A stretch of 64,000 bases of DNA from Phoronis australis (lineage: Eukaryota > Animalia > Phoronida): NCBI GenBank assembly GCA_002633005.1, contig NMRA01000172.1:555871-619870 (forward strand), written 5' to 3'. Each line of letters starts with the position of its first letter. Position 1 is the first letter of the stretch. The notes under the pieces are model-generated. The model saw only the letters and a list, made by a program, of their open reading frames with translations, was not told the DNA's origin and did no database searches. A program made the translations under genes and the position numbers. Below, in pieces: positions 1 through 14,700 of this stretch.

Positions 1-1934
1 GTCATTCATTCAAAGATGACTGCAATCTCCACTTATTATTGAATGACATGATCCTAATGGAGTACATGGGAGACCTCAAGCAATATTGCTGATGCAAAAC
101 AGCTTTATAGTGCTATATGCCACCTTTCTCTGATTAAAACATCAAAAGTTATACGACCTTATCAAAAATTCTGTGTATTCAGCCAAGATAAAATTTTACT
201 CAGTAGAAGCCATTTCCTTAAAGTAGAAATCTTTCAAAATTTCATTTATGACTAAATGCCAATCTTCCAATAACTGTGACATGTTTTATTAAACTTTATC
301 AATAGCAGGACATGAATTCATAACATAACAATTAATGGCAAGATGACAAAATTTAGTTATCATGAATGTTCTGGCAAGACGAAATCTCTAAAACGCCGAA
401 TGTTAAAGTTATTTCATTCGTTTTGTTCATAAATTCAACTTCTGAGTTCTTTTGTAAAAATCATCACTGCAAATTTTTAATGAACCCTCTTGTAAAAGTG
501 AATTCAGCAAACAGGATTTGGACTATATTAGTATTACCTCGTCATAATTTCTCAGGAGCTTATTTTCCTCTTTGATGTCAGGTCGGTATTCAGATGGATC
601 GAAGATGATGACTTCATTCTGAAGAAAACAAAATGAAACCTCGATCAAGCCTGTGAGTTTTACATGCTGCAATACAATCAATACTAGTATGCCGATTTAG
701 ACCTCCCTACAGACAACGCCAAAAACAATGCACAAGCTGTTTTTAAGGCCTCACAGACATTTTTCCTCAAATGTGCAGTCTCCCCCATAATTGACTTATG
801 ACGTACACCCTACCCTAACCCAATGTAAGAACACCAACATCAAAATACTACGTCTACAGTCTGCAATTTACTCAAGGACGGGTAGAGTCAGACATTATAG
901 TCATTTTTACCACACCGCCGGTGCAAAGCCGTACCTTTTACAGCTGTAATTAAGCACCAAGGCTCTCCCAGTAAATCAATACTTTGCGTGGCATATTCCG
1001 CGGACCAGCCAGAAATGCAATGAAAATAATCTAGCCTGGACAGGCACCTGCCAAGGTGCCAGTAATGTGCTCCAGATAGAGGACGTTGTCGCTCAAGTAG
1101 TTGACTTTCTTGCAACCAATTTTCATAAAAGTGACTTTCACAAGCAAGTTTCCTACAAGTCGCTTTCTGCACCCTCTGAGAGGGTTACTATCCTCCTGAA
1201 TTTTCGCACCTCCTTGTGTCCGTCAAAAAGAAAATAACCCGTGCGCACAGTACGTGACTAAGTCCTAGCTAAATTAATTGTAAGCAGAGGTCCTTTCTTG
1301 GGAGATTTTAAAGCAAATTGCGTTTCTGAAAAAGAAAATAGGACCAACTAAACTTACTGTTTCCATGATAAAAGCTCGAGCTACCGGTTGTCAAACAGAA
1401 TGTTACTGACGTGATGACGTGATGAAATTTAATCGAGCATGACTTATTTGTCAACCCTGGTGTGTTTACAAGAATCTGGTTGGAACTGGTATTAAGGAGC
1501 ATACATTAAACGTTGATAAAAAACGACACAGTTTGTACATCAAGGAATTATAAGCAAGCCATTATAGGCCTAGAAGTTTTCACAATACATATTGTTGAAA
1601 AATATATTTAATACAAGTGTTTTGTGTCTGCTAAAAGGAAAATGTTGGTAGTAATTTACTTGCATTGGTTTTTATTGAAATGCTCCCTAAAAACGCAACT
1701 CTGAAATAACCAATGGCTATCAGATTTTATGACACACCTCCTGGCAGTAGTAACTAGGTCGAGGTCGTGAATCAAGTCAGTCATCCACTCAGCGCAGAAA
1801 GAGGCTGGCGCTATTTCGAAAGTGGCAGCGGAGTACGGTAAAGTGCAGACATTTTAAAATTTCCATTTTGGTTGCCTTGGATTGGTGGATGACATGCATG
1901 CGTGTATACGTTTGCATTCTTTTAAATTCAGTTC

Positions 1935-4250
1935 ATTATAGGCAGTCCTACCGAGATAAACTGTATAAACAAACCAAGACAACCCCTCACACAACACATT
2001 ACGCTACATGCCACAACAATCTTAAAGTATACAAGATTCTCAAAAAAAAAACTATTGATTCCGCCAAGCAATCTTACTATTATGACACATTCGAAAAAGG
2101 GAAGTCTGACATAAATAAAACATGGGATACAATAAAGACAGTTATGAACAACGGCGTTCGAACAAAAAATGACACGGCCCAGAATGTCTCAGCTTACGTT
2201 CAGATAACACCTACCCGAAATGGCAAGTTTATTCAACACCTACTTTACCCAAATCGGCCCATCCCTTTCTGAATCAATAACTATGATAAAAACAAAAATT
2301 TCAAAGACCTATCTTTGGCCCACGCCAAACAAATTTAAGTTCTCTTTCAAACCATTAATAATAAACATGTACTAGATATTATAAGAGACATGGACGCAAA
2401 AAATAGCACTGGACATGACAATTTATCATCTAAAATTATCAAAATAAGCAGTCCTTTTATAATTGAACCTCTCACGACCATCATCAACCAGTGCTTGCAC
2501 ACTGGTATATTTCTAGATGCTCTAAAGATTGCTAAAGGTGATCCCAGTTTTTAAACAACATGGTTTGGACCCAGAGCACCCGGGCTATTATAGACCCATT
2601 TCTATTCTTCCAACAATCTCAAAAATTATAGAAAAAATCATCCATAATCAACTTTCAACTATCCTAAATGAAAGTGATATACTTAATAAATATCAATATG
2701 GTTTCAGGAAATGTCACTCTACAGAACTTGCTTCGCTTGAACTTTTAGACCGCATTTGTTCCCATCTTGATAATGACATGAATCCATTGGTCATCTTTAT
2801 AGATATCTCGAAAGCTTTCGACACAATAGACCCCCAAATACTCTTGCAAAAGATAAATCACTATGGTATTACTGGAGTTGAATATACACTGTTTAAAAGT
2901 TATCTCTCAAACCGCACCCAATCGATGGCACTAAGTGATACAACTTCCAGTTGGTTACCAATATCTACCGGAGTTCCCCAAGGCTCTGTCCTTGGCCCAC
3001 TTCTCTTCCTAGTTTACATAAATGATCTTTCGTTTTCTTCTCCCATGGACACACTTCTTTATGCTGACGACACTTGCCTCGTCACACCTTACAAACTGAC
3101 TGAATCTTCCCAACACACTTTAAAGCAATCAACCACCGTCCATCAACAACAACCTTAAATCTATTTCAGACTGGTTTTCTTTCTGTGAACAAACTTTCAA
3201 TTAACACATCGAAAAGTAAATTAATAATCTTCCACTACCCCCAAAAGAAAATTGAAAAATGCATTATTCCCACCATCTATATAAATAGCAAAACAATATA
3301 TCATGTGAACAGTTTTCCTTTCCTTGGTATTACTGTTGACAAAAACCTCTCATGGTCCCCTCACATTAACCTCGTCTCAAACAAACTTAACAATCTCGGT
3401 GGACTCTTATACAAATTGAAATCTTATCTTCCTCTTCCAGCTCTCAAGTTGATATATAATTCACTTGTCCTTCCACATTTAAACTATATAGCATTGCAAC
3501 TTGGGGTTTTGGCAACACTAAGAAACTTCAGACAGCCCAGAAAAGAATCCTTAGGAATATATCAAATTCCAGTTATAATGCTCACTCTCTGCCCATATAT
3601 AAGGAACTTCGCCTCCTTCTAGTTCAAGACATCTTTCTCAATAATCAGCTTCCTAAGTATTTTTACACTAACAACGTTTTGAGTAAACCCATCCAATATA
3701 AGCCAACCAGACACATTAAAACTCCTACATACCTGAATCAATACTCAGCTACTATACCGACAATACAACCCAAAATTTTAATTCCTCCGTCCAACAAATT
3801 GTCATCAAGAGCCTGTATTAGATTTCAGATTCCTCGACTTATAAACAACAACGAAATACCAGTCTCTGCTCTAAATACAATAAAAACGCATTCTTTGCAA
3901 GCATTCTCCAGGTTCTTAACCAATTTTATTATTAGCAACTACGATCCAGTTTGTCACATTTCCAATTGCTTCATATGTAACAGTATCTAATTGTATTCTC
4001 AAAATCTCCTGAGCTGTGGCAGTTTACTTCTTGGTTCCTGGCGTGTCGGTCGTTTTCAGCACTAATTCACTGTTTTCTTAAGTATTCCTACTGATTTTTG
4101 CATTTCCATTTGTTTATCTTGTACAGGGGACCTTCTTATCAGCGGTCAATAACCTTTAGACGGCCTCCTAATTGAAATCAAATTTTAAGCAATGTATTAT
4201 TATTATGTAATGTAAATAAAAGCGTTTCTCTCTCTCTCTCTCTCTCTCTC
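1935..4250 (+). mobile_element. 5'-truncated, frameshifted non-LTR retrotransposon (CR1/L2/Crack-Daphne group), ORF2 RT region plus 3' UTR
   Basis: Consecutive ORFs 1868-3990 carry RT motifs YRPISILPTISKIIEK, QYGFR, DISKAFD, GVPQGSVLGPLLFLVYINDL, YADD and FLGITVDKNLSW, plus a C-terminal CxxxxCxxC. The element ends in AATAAA (about 4215) followed by a (TC)n tail. Frameshifts break the ORF. Confidence 0.93.
4226..4250. repeat. (TC)n microsatellite, 3' tail of the LINE
   Basis: About 12 TC units directly after the AATAAA. Confidence 0.9.
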
Positions 4251-4576
4251 TCCTCCTCCGTCGTTGCTCAATCAGACATTTAACTACGTGGGCGGCGCAC
4301 CTTAGCTGGTCGGTTGGGGGGCTATAGTCCCCACTTTTTTCAGTGCTGCACCGCCCATGAACTACCGTATTTTCTTGCACTAAGAAAACCCCGACGAGCA
4401 TGTTCACTAGAGAAAAGTAGGTCTAGACCTTAGTAAAAACTTTTGTCAATGAAGAAGTCTTCTCTTGTCAATCAATGCCCGGATGGCACCATAGACTATA
4501 ATCTATGATGGCACAAAGCCTCGCAGGCGTCATACGAGCAACAATTTACTTGATGGAAAGATTTCCAAGGTTACAT

Positions 4577-5420
4577 GTCACCCTTCCGAAGGTTCACTAC
4601 TCCGAAAGTCCACTACTACTCCGATCGAAGTTACTGCGAAGGTTCTATACCTCCCGGCGAAAATTCACGACTTCCAATGCACACATTCCGAAACCACTCA
4701 CTAAGCCTTCGACAGCTCATGACTCTGATTGTCTGCTGTGACGGGTCGGAACTGACATGAGAAACGTATTGCATTTGTGCCCATTTATTAACTATTTAAA
4801 CGGTGTAAAAAAGTTGAATATTTCTTAAAACGTTGATTACAAATGAGCTCAGTTGCAATCACTGCCAGTACCTACTGAACTAACGACTCATTCACTCTCA
4901 ACTGAGCACTGATGCAGCGACAACATCGGGTCAAGAATTCAGCGACCATGCAATGGCGGCGGTTTTGAATTTAGACGACTGATTGGGACTCTCCGACTTC
5001 GTGAAGACTGGTGAGGGACAGGGTAGCCTACTAAGTACATTAAGTTTCGACGCGGCCATGCCCGGGGTTCCGATGGGTGAGGTGTGAAGGGTAGAGGCCC
5101 TAAACTAGCTCAGTCACGCTGTGAAATGATGCGAGTAAAATGTATCGTGGTTGATAATTCATCAATATACCTACTTCATAACTCAAGTACGTACTCATTC
5201 ATTTCCGTATTCGAAAGACATGCGGGCATTTTCGCCCTGAAATCTGGGCGTTGTTTCGAGCATGATAGGTACTTACACCACCTAGTTCATCTATTTAACC
5301 GAAGCCTGAGTATCGTTTATTTTTGCAGGTAAAAGGGGATATTTAATGATATACCCAAGTCCGAAATTGTAGGCTAATGAAACTTCGGAATAGTGAACCT
5401 TCAGAGTAGTGAACCTGAAT
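4577..5420. mobile_element. Putative MITE/foldback remnant with repetitive subterminal inverted repeats
   Basis: CCGAAGGTTCACTACT-type units at 4587-4645 recur in reverse complement (TTCGGAATAGTGAACCTTCAGAGTAGTGAACC) at about 5384-5415. Confidence 0.5.
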
Positions 5421-6486
5421 ACTGGGGTGTTCCGGCCATTTTCACTGAGCGATGCACTAAGCAAGTTACGTAACACGCAAAATATACAACCAGGTCAAAA
5501 TATTCAAGTCGATCATGCTACGATTAAATAATTCCGTCCGAGTATGTAATGTAATCACTCATTTAACTTGAGCACGCCTGGTTTGAAAATTTGGCAGGGG
5601 ATAACGCGGCAATACTCTCTTTCTGACCAGTCATTATATCCCCGAATTTGGGTCTCGTTCTTTGTGAGCAACCGTCAGGGCACCCCCATTTCTGGTATTA
5701 CGAATTCCGTCTGATTTTGGGAACTGAGAGCTGAGAGTCGTCGTTGTTAATATACATTTCACTCCCTAGTTAAGCTGGGTCAAGAGCCTTACCAAAAACT
5801 CTGCAGTGTCGACGTTTGCAGAATGATTAAAGGTCCACCGTACTAGAAATTCGAACCACCCCCCGCGAAATGCTGGCTCCGGGTCTGTATAGTCGAGTAG
5901 TATATATCCCAACTAATAAAGATCGTTGCACGAACATTGACACTTTTTGGCTGTTTGGCACATTATTAGAGTAAAAGCTTACGGTCACACCCGGTCGCCT
6001 GCTGTAGCGAACTCTCAGTGGAATGGACTGTATTGAGGTAGTCGTAAACGCCACGTGTCTGAGACAACTCGGACTTCACGACCTTCACTACAATGAGGCA
6101 AATAAAACCTCTTTAGGCCCTCACTTATTGTGGTTTCTCCTAGACCATTTCAATAATAACCATTCAGTTATCTCACGGATATCGAATGATCGACGAATCG
6201 ATTTCGCGGGAAATTCCAAGCTCGGCTTGCGAGGGCCTTGAACTTTGTACTCAGTTGCGCGCATGCAGGCGGCCACGGCACGGCGCGCACGCGTAAGAAG
6301 CGACACGAGAGGGTACTAAACGAGTACCTTTCTGCGCGTACTTTTGCTTAATGATGTGCACTTTTGCTTAATCTACGTACGCTCTTATTCAACTTTTGCT
6401 TAAAAAATGTACGCCTAGTTTTACTTAATTAACGCGTATTTATATAGTCCAATCACGCCCTATTTTACCGAGCGCATCAGGAGCAC

Positions 6487-6781
6487 GCGCAGTGTTAAAA
6501 ATGGTCACTAAGTTGGTGATTTGGGCAAAAAAGTTGAGTACGGGATTATTTGTTAGATTTGGAAGGAATTAAAGAAATCGACGGCCTAACAATCAACGGG
6601 AGTCCTCCGGCTTTGTGCAAGAGGTAGCCCGTAGCAACGGGGCGACTTACTGGTACAGTGTAGATGTTTTAATCAGTGCCGAGGCATAATTTGTCGAAAA
6701 GCTTTCGGCGTATGGAGCTCCCAACAGAAGCTTCACCGTTACTACTAGGCCCGCAGTCGAGACGGAGGCACTGTCTATAGT
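6487..6781 (+). mobile_element. Copy of a ~300-bp dispersed non-autonomous repeat with a 3' hairpin (family A)
   Basis: Shares GCAGTGT(T)AAAAATGG, TTGGAAGGAAT, GCATAATTTG(T/C)CGAAAA and hairpin+GGCACTGTCTA with copies at 40.5-41.2, 42.6-42.9 and 44.5-44.7 kb. Confidence 0.65.
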
Positions 6782-7068
6782 ACGTGTTAATTAAGAGCAG
6801 AAAGATGGTCGTTTGAGAACTAAAAGCACCCGTATAGATTAAGCACATTTCAAAGTGTAGAAATGTACCCGTTTAACAATCCTTTGGCGCTTCATAACAA
6901 CAAGCAGAGTTGAAAAAAATGTATATAAACAAGTAGTGTGCAAGGATACGTAATGTCTGAGACGTATTACTCGAGTGTGCTATTACTCGACGTAAAAAGG
7001 GGTCTTTGAAACATTTATTTATCGATCAAAAACGGACAATCGTCGCACAAAGTTCATATTACATGTAA

Positions 7069-7180
7069 TTCGACGTCTCGTCTATTTGTTGGACACCATC
7101 AGGATACAAAAAATCAGAGTGACATTGATGTCTGGTTGTTTGTATCCTGATGATGTCTATTGAATAAACGAAACGTCGGA
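7069..7180. repeat. Short foldback (MITE-like palindrome)
   Basis: TTCGACGTCTCGTCTATT...CATCAGGATACAAA is mirrored by TTTGTATCCTGATG...AATAAACGAAACGTCGGA. Confidence 0.6.
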
Positions 7181-10100
7181 TAAAACGTTTCATAACGCCG
7201 GAACCATTCGAATCAATTATTTATTAGCCTAAAAATTTGTCTACAATTCCCAAACCCAAAAGATGGAACTATGTCCTGTTAAATTCGAGGCGACAGACTA
7301 ATGCGAAAGACAAAAGTAAAATTTTAGCTACGAGACTCGAACAGTTCGAGAAGTGAGACATCTGCACTGCTACAACTATTCCACCTTTTCTCAGTCAGGT
7401 CCATGTGCTGAGGAGATCCACCATATTAAATACTTTGCATTGCCGATAACCGAGACTCTTACCGACCAAATTACAAGAAAGCCCATTTCAAGACAGTGAC
7501 GTACACCACCGCTCTAGATTTTCCAGTGTAACTTCAACTCCTTACAATCACTAAATTAGCTTAATTATATCTATACTACTTAAGATGCGGATTGTTCATC
7601 AACCGCCACAGTCAGGCATCATTTCCTCTGTGTTGTTGTAGAGACACTCAGACATTTGCTCTTTTTGTTTAATTACACAGAGAGCAGCTATGCTGTAGTG
7701 GGGTGTAGGCGCAGCCAATCACCTTTTGGCATTTGAACGTCGGTTGCGCCTACGCACCGTAAGTTACGTTCAGTGCTCGAGGTGATACGGTGTGCTTAGG
7801 CGCCCACTTACCTCTAATTTTACCACTACAGCGCTGGCTGGTGAGCAAAGCTGGGAAACACTCGAATAATTACTCCGATATTCACGTTTACTCAAAATTA
7901 TCTAAAGTTTGCTGAATTGCCATAAAAATCTTGATAGAGGTAATAATATGACTTTATTTGAAGAAAGTGTGGTATTCTCAGACATTGACTACAATACAAT
8001 TATTAAATTCATATCTATATCATTTTTTGCATTTATAAATCTTGTATATTTTACGCTGCCCTGCTCCCCACCCCTAACTAAAAATCCTGGATCCGCCCCT
8101 GTATTACTGAAATTCTTGTTGCATTTGTGTGTAAAATGCATTATGTAAATACTTTAATCAATACATTGATACCTATGTAAATATTTTGACACCCAGAGTG
8201 TTTCTGGCATTTTCTGTGCTGAACTGTAATGACTGTTAACAATAAAATTCTAAAAAAATACATCTCAGTCGATTCAATGACCAGCAGAGGCGACAGTCCA
8301 CAGGAGAGTTTGGCTCTCAACTTACTGCAGCTGGTGAATTTAACTCCCACAACTTCCCGGGTTGAATGCCCTCTTGTGACAACGCATGGCCTCGATGAAT
8401 TGATGGTATCTAACAAAAATTTGGCTCAGAGATGCAAGGCACCGCATGAGCCGAGGGCAGTGCATGGTGGCATTTTTCAAATTATCCCGCCTCTGGAGTC
8501 GGGGCTTTTCACTACTTTTGGGGAAGATTGTTTCCGAGTGATATATATATAAAGAATCACAGAACGCATTTCAATGAGACTTGACAGAAAAGTATGTTAC
8601 AACAATGTCCTGATTTTGAGCGGATTCGACATTTACATCAGTCTCCAGATAGTGCTCATTTTGGTCTTGACATAACAAAGTGCTAGTATACACAGATACA
8701 CTACAAGTGAAACTGCAGGCTTCGATTTCAGCGAATGGTTGGTAGACTCCGCGAGAATTTGCGATTTGTGATAAAACAACAAAAGCACAGCTGATTTTGT
8801 CTCTTTCTCTGGTCAAAGCGAACAACCTCAGTGAAAAAGTCTATCCCATCGAATAGTAATCCCAAAATGCGTTTTTCTACCGCAGAACGTATCATGCTCC
8901 TTTAACGGATGGTCAGGAAAATAATTAACGTTACAGATGTCCACGTGCGTAGCGTTACGTGGAAGTTGTGCTGGAATTTGCGAGTCTTGCTATACTCCAT
9001 ATATAAATTTGTTAAGTGGGATCTCTCACTATGGTTGATTAAGAAACGTGCCCCAGTTTGTTTTGTGCTCGATTGTGACAAGCACTGCTCTAGTCGCCGT
9101 CATACTGGAGTGCATGGAATGCGGGAAATGATCTTGAACTGTTCTTGTCAACTTGAAAACTTGATGGTAGAAATAACAATTACATAATGGCTGCAGTTCA
9201 CGAAATACGTCAATTTCGGTTCTTTCGCGTGGTGGAAACAAAATAAAAGGTTATAACTTGTCATGAAGTTACAGGCTCATTAACCCATGTCATTTTCAAA
9301 TACATTATGGTCACGTGGCTTGTCGTTGAAAAGTTAATACGTGATGGACATTACATCCGTTTGGTTAATGGCAGATTGACATACTGGACGGAGGTTGACA
9401 AAGCATTTTTTTTACTGTCTGCTTGGCTCTTCTGAACTTGCACAACAAAACATATATTCCCACATTACCCATATTGGAGGGGAAAACCAACAAAATGTAG
9501 AACCAAGTAAATAACTCCAAGTGAACACGACAATCTGTACAACATCTGCGATCATCTAGCTAATTTGTGTGTTTGTTCTGTCTCTGTGTTTTGCTACATA
9601 GTTGCACGCCTGAAGAAAGGAGATTGTTTGAACACTAGAAGCGAGTCTGTACAGTGAAAACGTACATGGCCAATAAAGATTCAAGAGTGTTAGATTTTAA
9701 TCATAGTAGAAGGTGAAAATTAGAAAACTTATTTACAGTAAGAATTGTGAGAGTGAATGAGTGTATAAATGATTTTACTGCTTTGGCTTTAATCATATTA
9801 CTGTTTGTAAAGTGATTTGAACCATTCAGTTTTCAAAAATCGAATGAATAAAGAATAAATATGACATCCTGATGCCTTGACTTACTCCAGACGATTACTT
9901 TCTTTGCCAGGTAGGAAACAGCAAGACAAGCTCCGCCATTTTAAATATTTGCTGACATTGAGTGACTGGCTTACTTTGTCTTTGATTACTGAATAACTTA
10001 AACCTGGTTTGATTGGCTAAAAATGAAAAATCAAATTAGAGCTTTTACCCTCATTATAAATCGGGTTCATAATATTACTTTCCATGATAGGATGTTATGA

Positions 10101-11455
10101 ACAACACTATTGAAACCATCAGCCACTAAAAACTAGCTTACTGGGATTGGCTCATCCTAAAACTGTGAATTCGAAAATGGCGCTGGTACTCCTTGGCAGT
10201 GCATTGAGTTGCTTAAGGAAAAGAATCCTATCAACACCAAGGATTGTGGAATCAAAGTAAAGACATAAAAGGCCCAATTCGTTTTTCACCCGCTACACAA
10301 GGCAAAATACAGCTTTAAAACTTGACAAATTCATAAATTAAAAGGAAGGCAAATTTTGTATTCATCAGCCTATCAATCATGCAACAAGTAATAAAACACC
10401 TTAATTCAAACAAAAGATTCAGCAAAGGAAACATGAACACACATTATCTATGAAATAAAATAAACTTATAAGATAACCAGAGGCAGAGCTCTCCCTCACC
10501 TGCGGGCAAATATGCCTCTGTCTTCTAAAAGGGAAATATTTTGGTTGGGTAAAAACATTCTCCACCCACTGGTCACACTTACAACCAGCCCAGTTTGCCA
10601 CCTCTTGAGAGTAATCTTTTAATAATTGGAGGGAATTTGTGGACCTGATGATGGAAAGTTTCAGCTGGTTTTTAACATTTTTAGTGGATCGGGTCGATAC
10701 AAGAAGTAACTTGTTCCATGAAATCTCCTCAACAACAAGCAGGGTAAGAATACTTTTAAGTAAAAAAATGGCAGACAAGTGAAATGTCATTTTGTCAAAT
10801 TTACGAGCAGAAATCACCTTTCAAGAAAATTTAATGTCTTAGCATAGTATGGCATAGGAGTCGCTAAATAACACTCCTAAATGTTTATGCATTTGCAGCC
10901 AAATAAGAATATATAGAGAAATTGAAAATAAATTTTGTAATAATTTTTGTCCAAAATTAAATGCTTTGATAGCAATATGGTATCCGAGGAGTAATTGGAA
11001 ATATGGTGCAAGTTTGCCACTGTACAGCACTGTTCCCTATACTACATAAGACCATCCTCACACTGTCACAGCTATTGCTTGCATCAGTGCCAACATACAG
11101 TTTTCAACACAGAGAATCAAACTTTTCAAAATCAATGAATCTGCCATTGGAATGCTGAAATCACAGATTGAATCTATGTTAGGAAGACACGGATAGTGGC
11201 CCGGATACACCATAATTGTACCCATTAAAGTATAAGTAAGACACTGGAGGAAACATTACAGCTTTAGAGACTGATTTCTGGATTAATGGAGGAGATATTA
11301 GTTACCTTGGATACAAACAAACACCACCTAAAACTGAATCATGGTACACTTATTCCTCTCTAAATACTGATGGAATCTGTTTACAACTTCAACAAATTAA
11401 GCTGAAAACATGAATGTTAAAATATAACTCTTAAATACAAAATAAACTGCATAAT

Positions 11456-11679
11456 CAGGGCTTAGAATCACCAATGACTAAAAAAGAAGAAAACTTTCTA
11501 CGTGAAGAATCTTGAGTGAAACTATTTTTGTGTAGTAAATTTAACTGAAATAAACACTTTGCATAAATAAAGTCAAAATAACGATAAAAAGAGACAAAAA
11601 AGAGGAAACTGGAAGTCAAATAAAACGAAATCGAAATCAAAAAGAGGAATCCTCTTAAAAGAAGAAAATTCCAAGCCTT
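11456..11679. mobile_element. hAT-like MITE (family B), probably in the JARID2 3' UTR
   Basis: Termini CAGGGCTT...AAGCCTT. A clearly homologous second copy lies at 38741-38994 (CCGGGCTT...AAACCCTG). Confidence 0.6.
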
Positions 11680-11741
11680 ATATAATACAGAGTTTATACA
11701 ATGTTGACTTATTGAATAAGTGATCAAGTCTCTTCTGCTCA

Positions 11742-14700
11742 TTAAACATCTTTTCTTGCCTTGCCTCGTTTCCTGGGAGATTCTGCGGCAGTTAGCCTCA
11801 TTTTCAATTTTTCAAGGACACCAAGCAGGTCTTTCTGCAAACACATAATGATGAGTAGAGTAAGATTAATCATTCTAAGGCCGCCGCACTAAATTGTGGC
11901 AGCTTCCAACAACTGAAGACGTAGTGACTGAGTATCCATAGCCTGAAACAGGTTATCTCTAAACTGTGAGAAAAGAAACTACAATGACAGTAGCCAGTTA
12001 CTACAGTGTAAGTCAGTCAGTACTAACATGCATTGTGTCGAATCAGTCACGTGTCTGTGAATGAAGCTTAACATGCAAATGGGCTGGCGCAACGCTGTAA
12101 GCAACCGGCCATTTCCTTCGCTAAGGGCCAAGATTTCGATTACACGGCTCTAAATGGTAATAATGTTAATCAGTGAAATACAACAAAAACACATCGCAGA
12201 GAATCTGTTGGTGTATGTTTGAAAAGGATGGTAGCCATATTGACTTTGCCCTGCAGGACGGCTGCAACAGGAACTTTGATGGGTATGGCCTGATTGTGTT
12301 TGTCAGAACTATCCACAACATGGTTTCATCATGATAGCTCTTCAACCTACTCACCTCGTCAAACTTGTACAACAGATGGCACTGCTTCAGCTGCTTCTTG
12401 GGAAGCTGTACAAGAGCGACACCTGGTGAATAGCAGACAACTTTACTGCTGTCATCACACTCTTGCACAACCTGAGATGAAAAATAGCAAGACATGCAGT
12501 CATAATAGTTTTATCATAAACAGAAGTTTGATATTACTAGTAGATATGTAATGGACAACAGCACTGAAATCTGCTCAGAACTAGACCAAAACACAGGAAA
12601 TAAATAAAGCAAAAGTCCACCAAGGAGTGCAACATGAGTCAAAACCATCCAATACACAGCAAGTTCTGTCATCTACTTGACAGTCAGTAACATTTTTTGA
12701 CCAATTTCATGAACGGTCATCAAGGAACTTGGTAGATATAGATCCATACGCACATTAAGAAAACCTAAAGTGCTAGTAGGGGAAGCTACAGTAGTCAGAT
12801 TAGTTCAAAAATTGTTGTCAGGCATATTTATTGTACATGTAGGCCACGACTACAGTTTTTCATCCTGTGAGCAAGTCAGTGGTTCCAACTTCATTTAGTA
12901 CATAAAAATAAGCTTGACGAGGAATAATTCCTAAATTTAAAATATTGAGAATCAGCAACAATGGACATGATTTTGAAGTAAACAAGAACATCTGCCCACT
13001 AAGAGATGAAATTGCATGAAAAATGCACTGTTACAGCAAAATGCACTGTTACAGCAAAATGCACTGTTACAGCACAATGCACTGCTACAGCAAAATGCAC
13101 TGCTACAGCAAAATGCACTGCTACAGCACAATGCACTGCTACAGCACAATGCACTGCTACAGCAAAATGCACTGTTACAGCAAAATGCACTGTTACAGCA
13201 AAATGCACTGCTACAGCAAAATGCACTGCTACAGCCAACTGCACTGCTACAGCCAACTGCACTGCTACAGCAAAATGCACTGCTACAGCAAAATGCACTG
13301 TTACAGCAAAATGCACTGTTACAGCAAAATGCATGCAGAACTTTCTTAATTATAGTTCTTGGTTTTTTACTGCGGCCATTGTCTTGATATGAAAATTTCT
13401 TTAATGAAAATTTTCAAAAAATACCCCTCAGTAAACAGTATGGAAAATATGAGCACTGCCCCAGAAATCGCTTTCGTATTATATCCAGGTTCACATTTCA
13501 CTCCCTTGCATACATTCACAAGTAAGACGGAGCTCAGAGGAGTCAGGAAACACGTCTGTGCAATGCTTAACTATCTGCCACTAAAGCCAGGATTCAAACC
13601 TGGGTTTCCCGAACGGAGCCCGGAGCTTAAACCACTGAGCTACAAAAACATCGACACAACATTAAATATGTAATTGACAATCATAGTGCTGCCTTACACA
13701 GGCATAACCATCAACTACCTTAACTGGTACATACACGACAGATCGAGCAAATTTACCTTACTAGTACCATAAGGTTAATGTGTGCAAAGCTACATTAATT
13801 TTGGTTAACTTCCAATCATCATGCTTCAGACATGGCTGACCAGATTCGCAATGCACTGTGATTTATGCTGAGGGTTTGTTTTTGAAAAATTCCACTTCTG
13901 CACGAGGGGCTATAAAATTCAGACTTCTTTTCACGAAAAAGTCTAAAATGCAAAAAACAAACTAACAGTAAACAGTAATTGGGATTTTGACATAGCATCC
14001 TGAATGCTCATCAAACAAAATTTGCTCATCATGTTGTTGATACTTACTGTTGATTTGTTACGTCACTGTACCATGCTTTCTTGCTAAATTTAATAACTAA
14101 AAAAGACATACTGGTAGTCACGCGACCTAATTAGTGTCACATTCGTGAAATGTCAAAAATAAGATCTAAAGGCTTTCCACTTACAGAAATAGAGAATTTT
14201 ATTCTGTTAAAATTTAATCATAGTTTTGTTTATATTTACCTAATTACCTAGACTAGTGTCAATATGGTCCTAATGGTGTTATACGCCATGTGGACCATGT
14301 TTTGACAACAGAATACACGTGCTGACTTCTTCATTTAATATTTTGTGCAAACTTCATCAAGGTGAGGTCATTATCAAAGGTGCTAAGCAACAAGGTAAGA
14401 CTCCAGTGATTGACTGACAGTGGCAAAATTATCACCAGCCCACCCAGCACTCAGCAGTCTGTGACCTTACCTGACCTACTTCCTAAACACTGGAGAGTAT
14501 CACAATTATATTGTAAGCAACAGTGGAACAGTTACGGTGAGCAGTTTTAGTTCACAATCTTTGGTATCTAACTAGGATCAACATGTATTAAGACATTAGT
14601 CATCACAGGGAACTGAGCAGTTAAGGAGAGATTGAACAGTTTCATTGAAAGCAAAGATTCAGCATACCTAACATAAATCAACCAGAGAGTTACTGAGAAG

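Noticed and set aside
582-652. Candidate + strand exon (pyrimidine tract-AG ... GTGAGT) with an internal ATG
   Set aside because: All three frames contain stops and no partner exon could be identified, so it cannot be supported without RNA data.
808-821. Telomere-like CCCTACCCTAACCC
   Set aside because: Only two units, a common motif inside invertebrate MITEs.
13006-13392. ORF of ([12 protein letters not shown])n resembling Thr/Cys-rich antifreeze protein repeats
   Set aside because: It is a DNA-level 18-bp minisatellite open in five frames, with no synonymous-site variation pattern and no signal peptide, and it lies in an intron.
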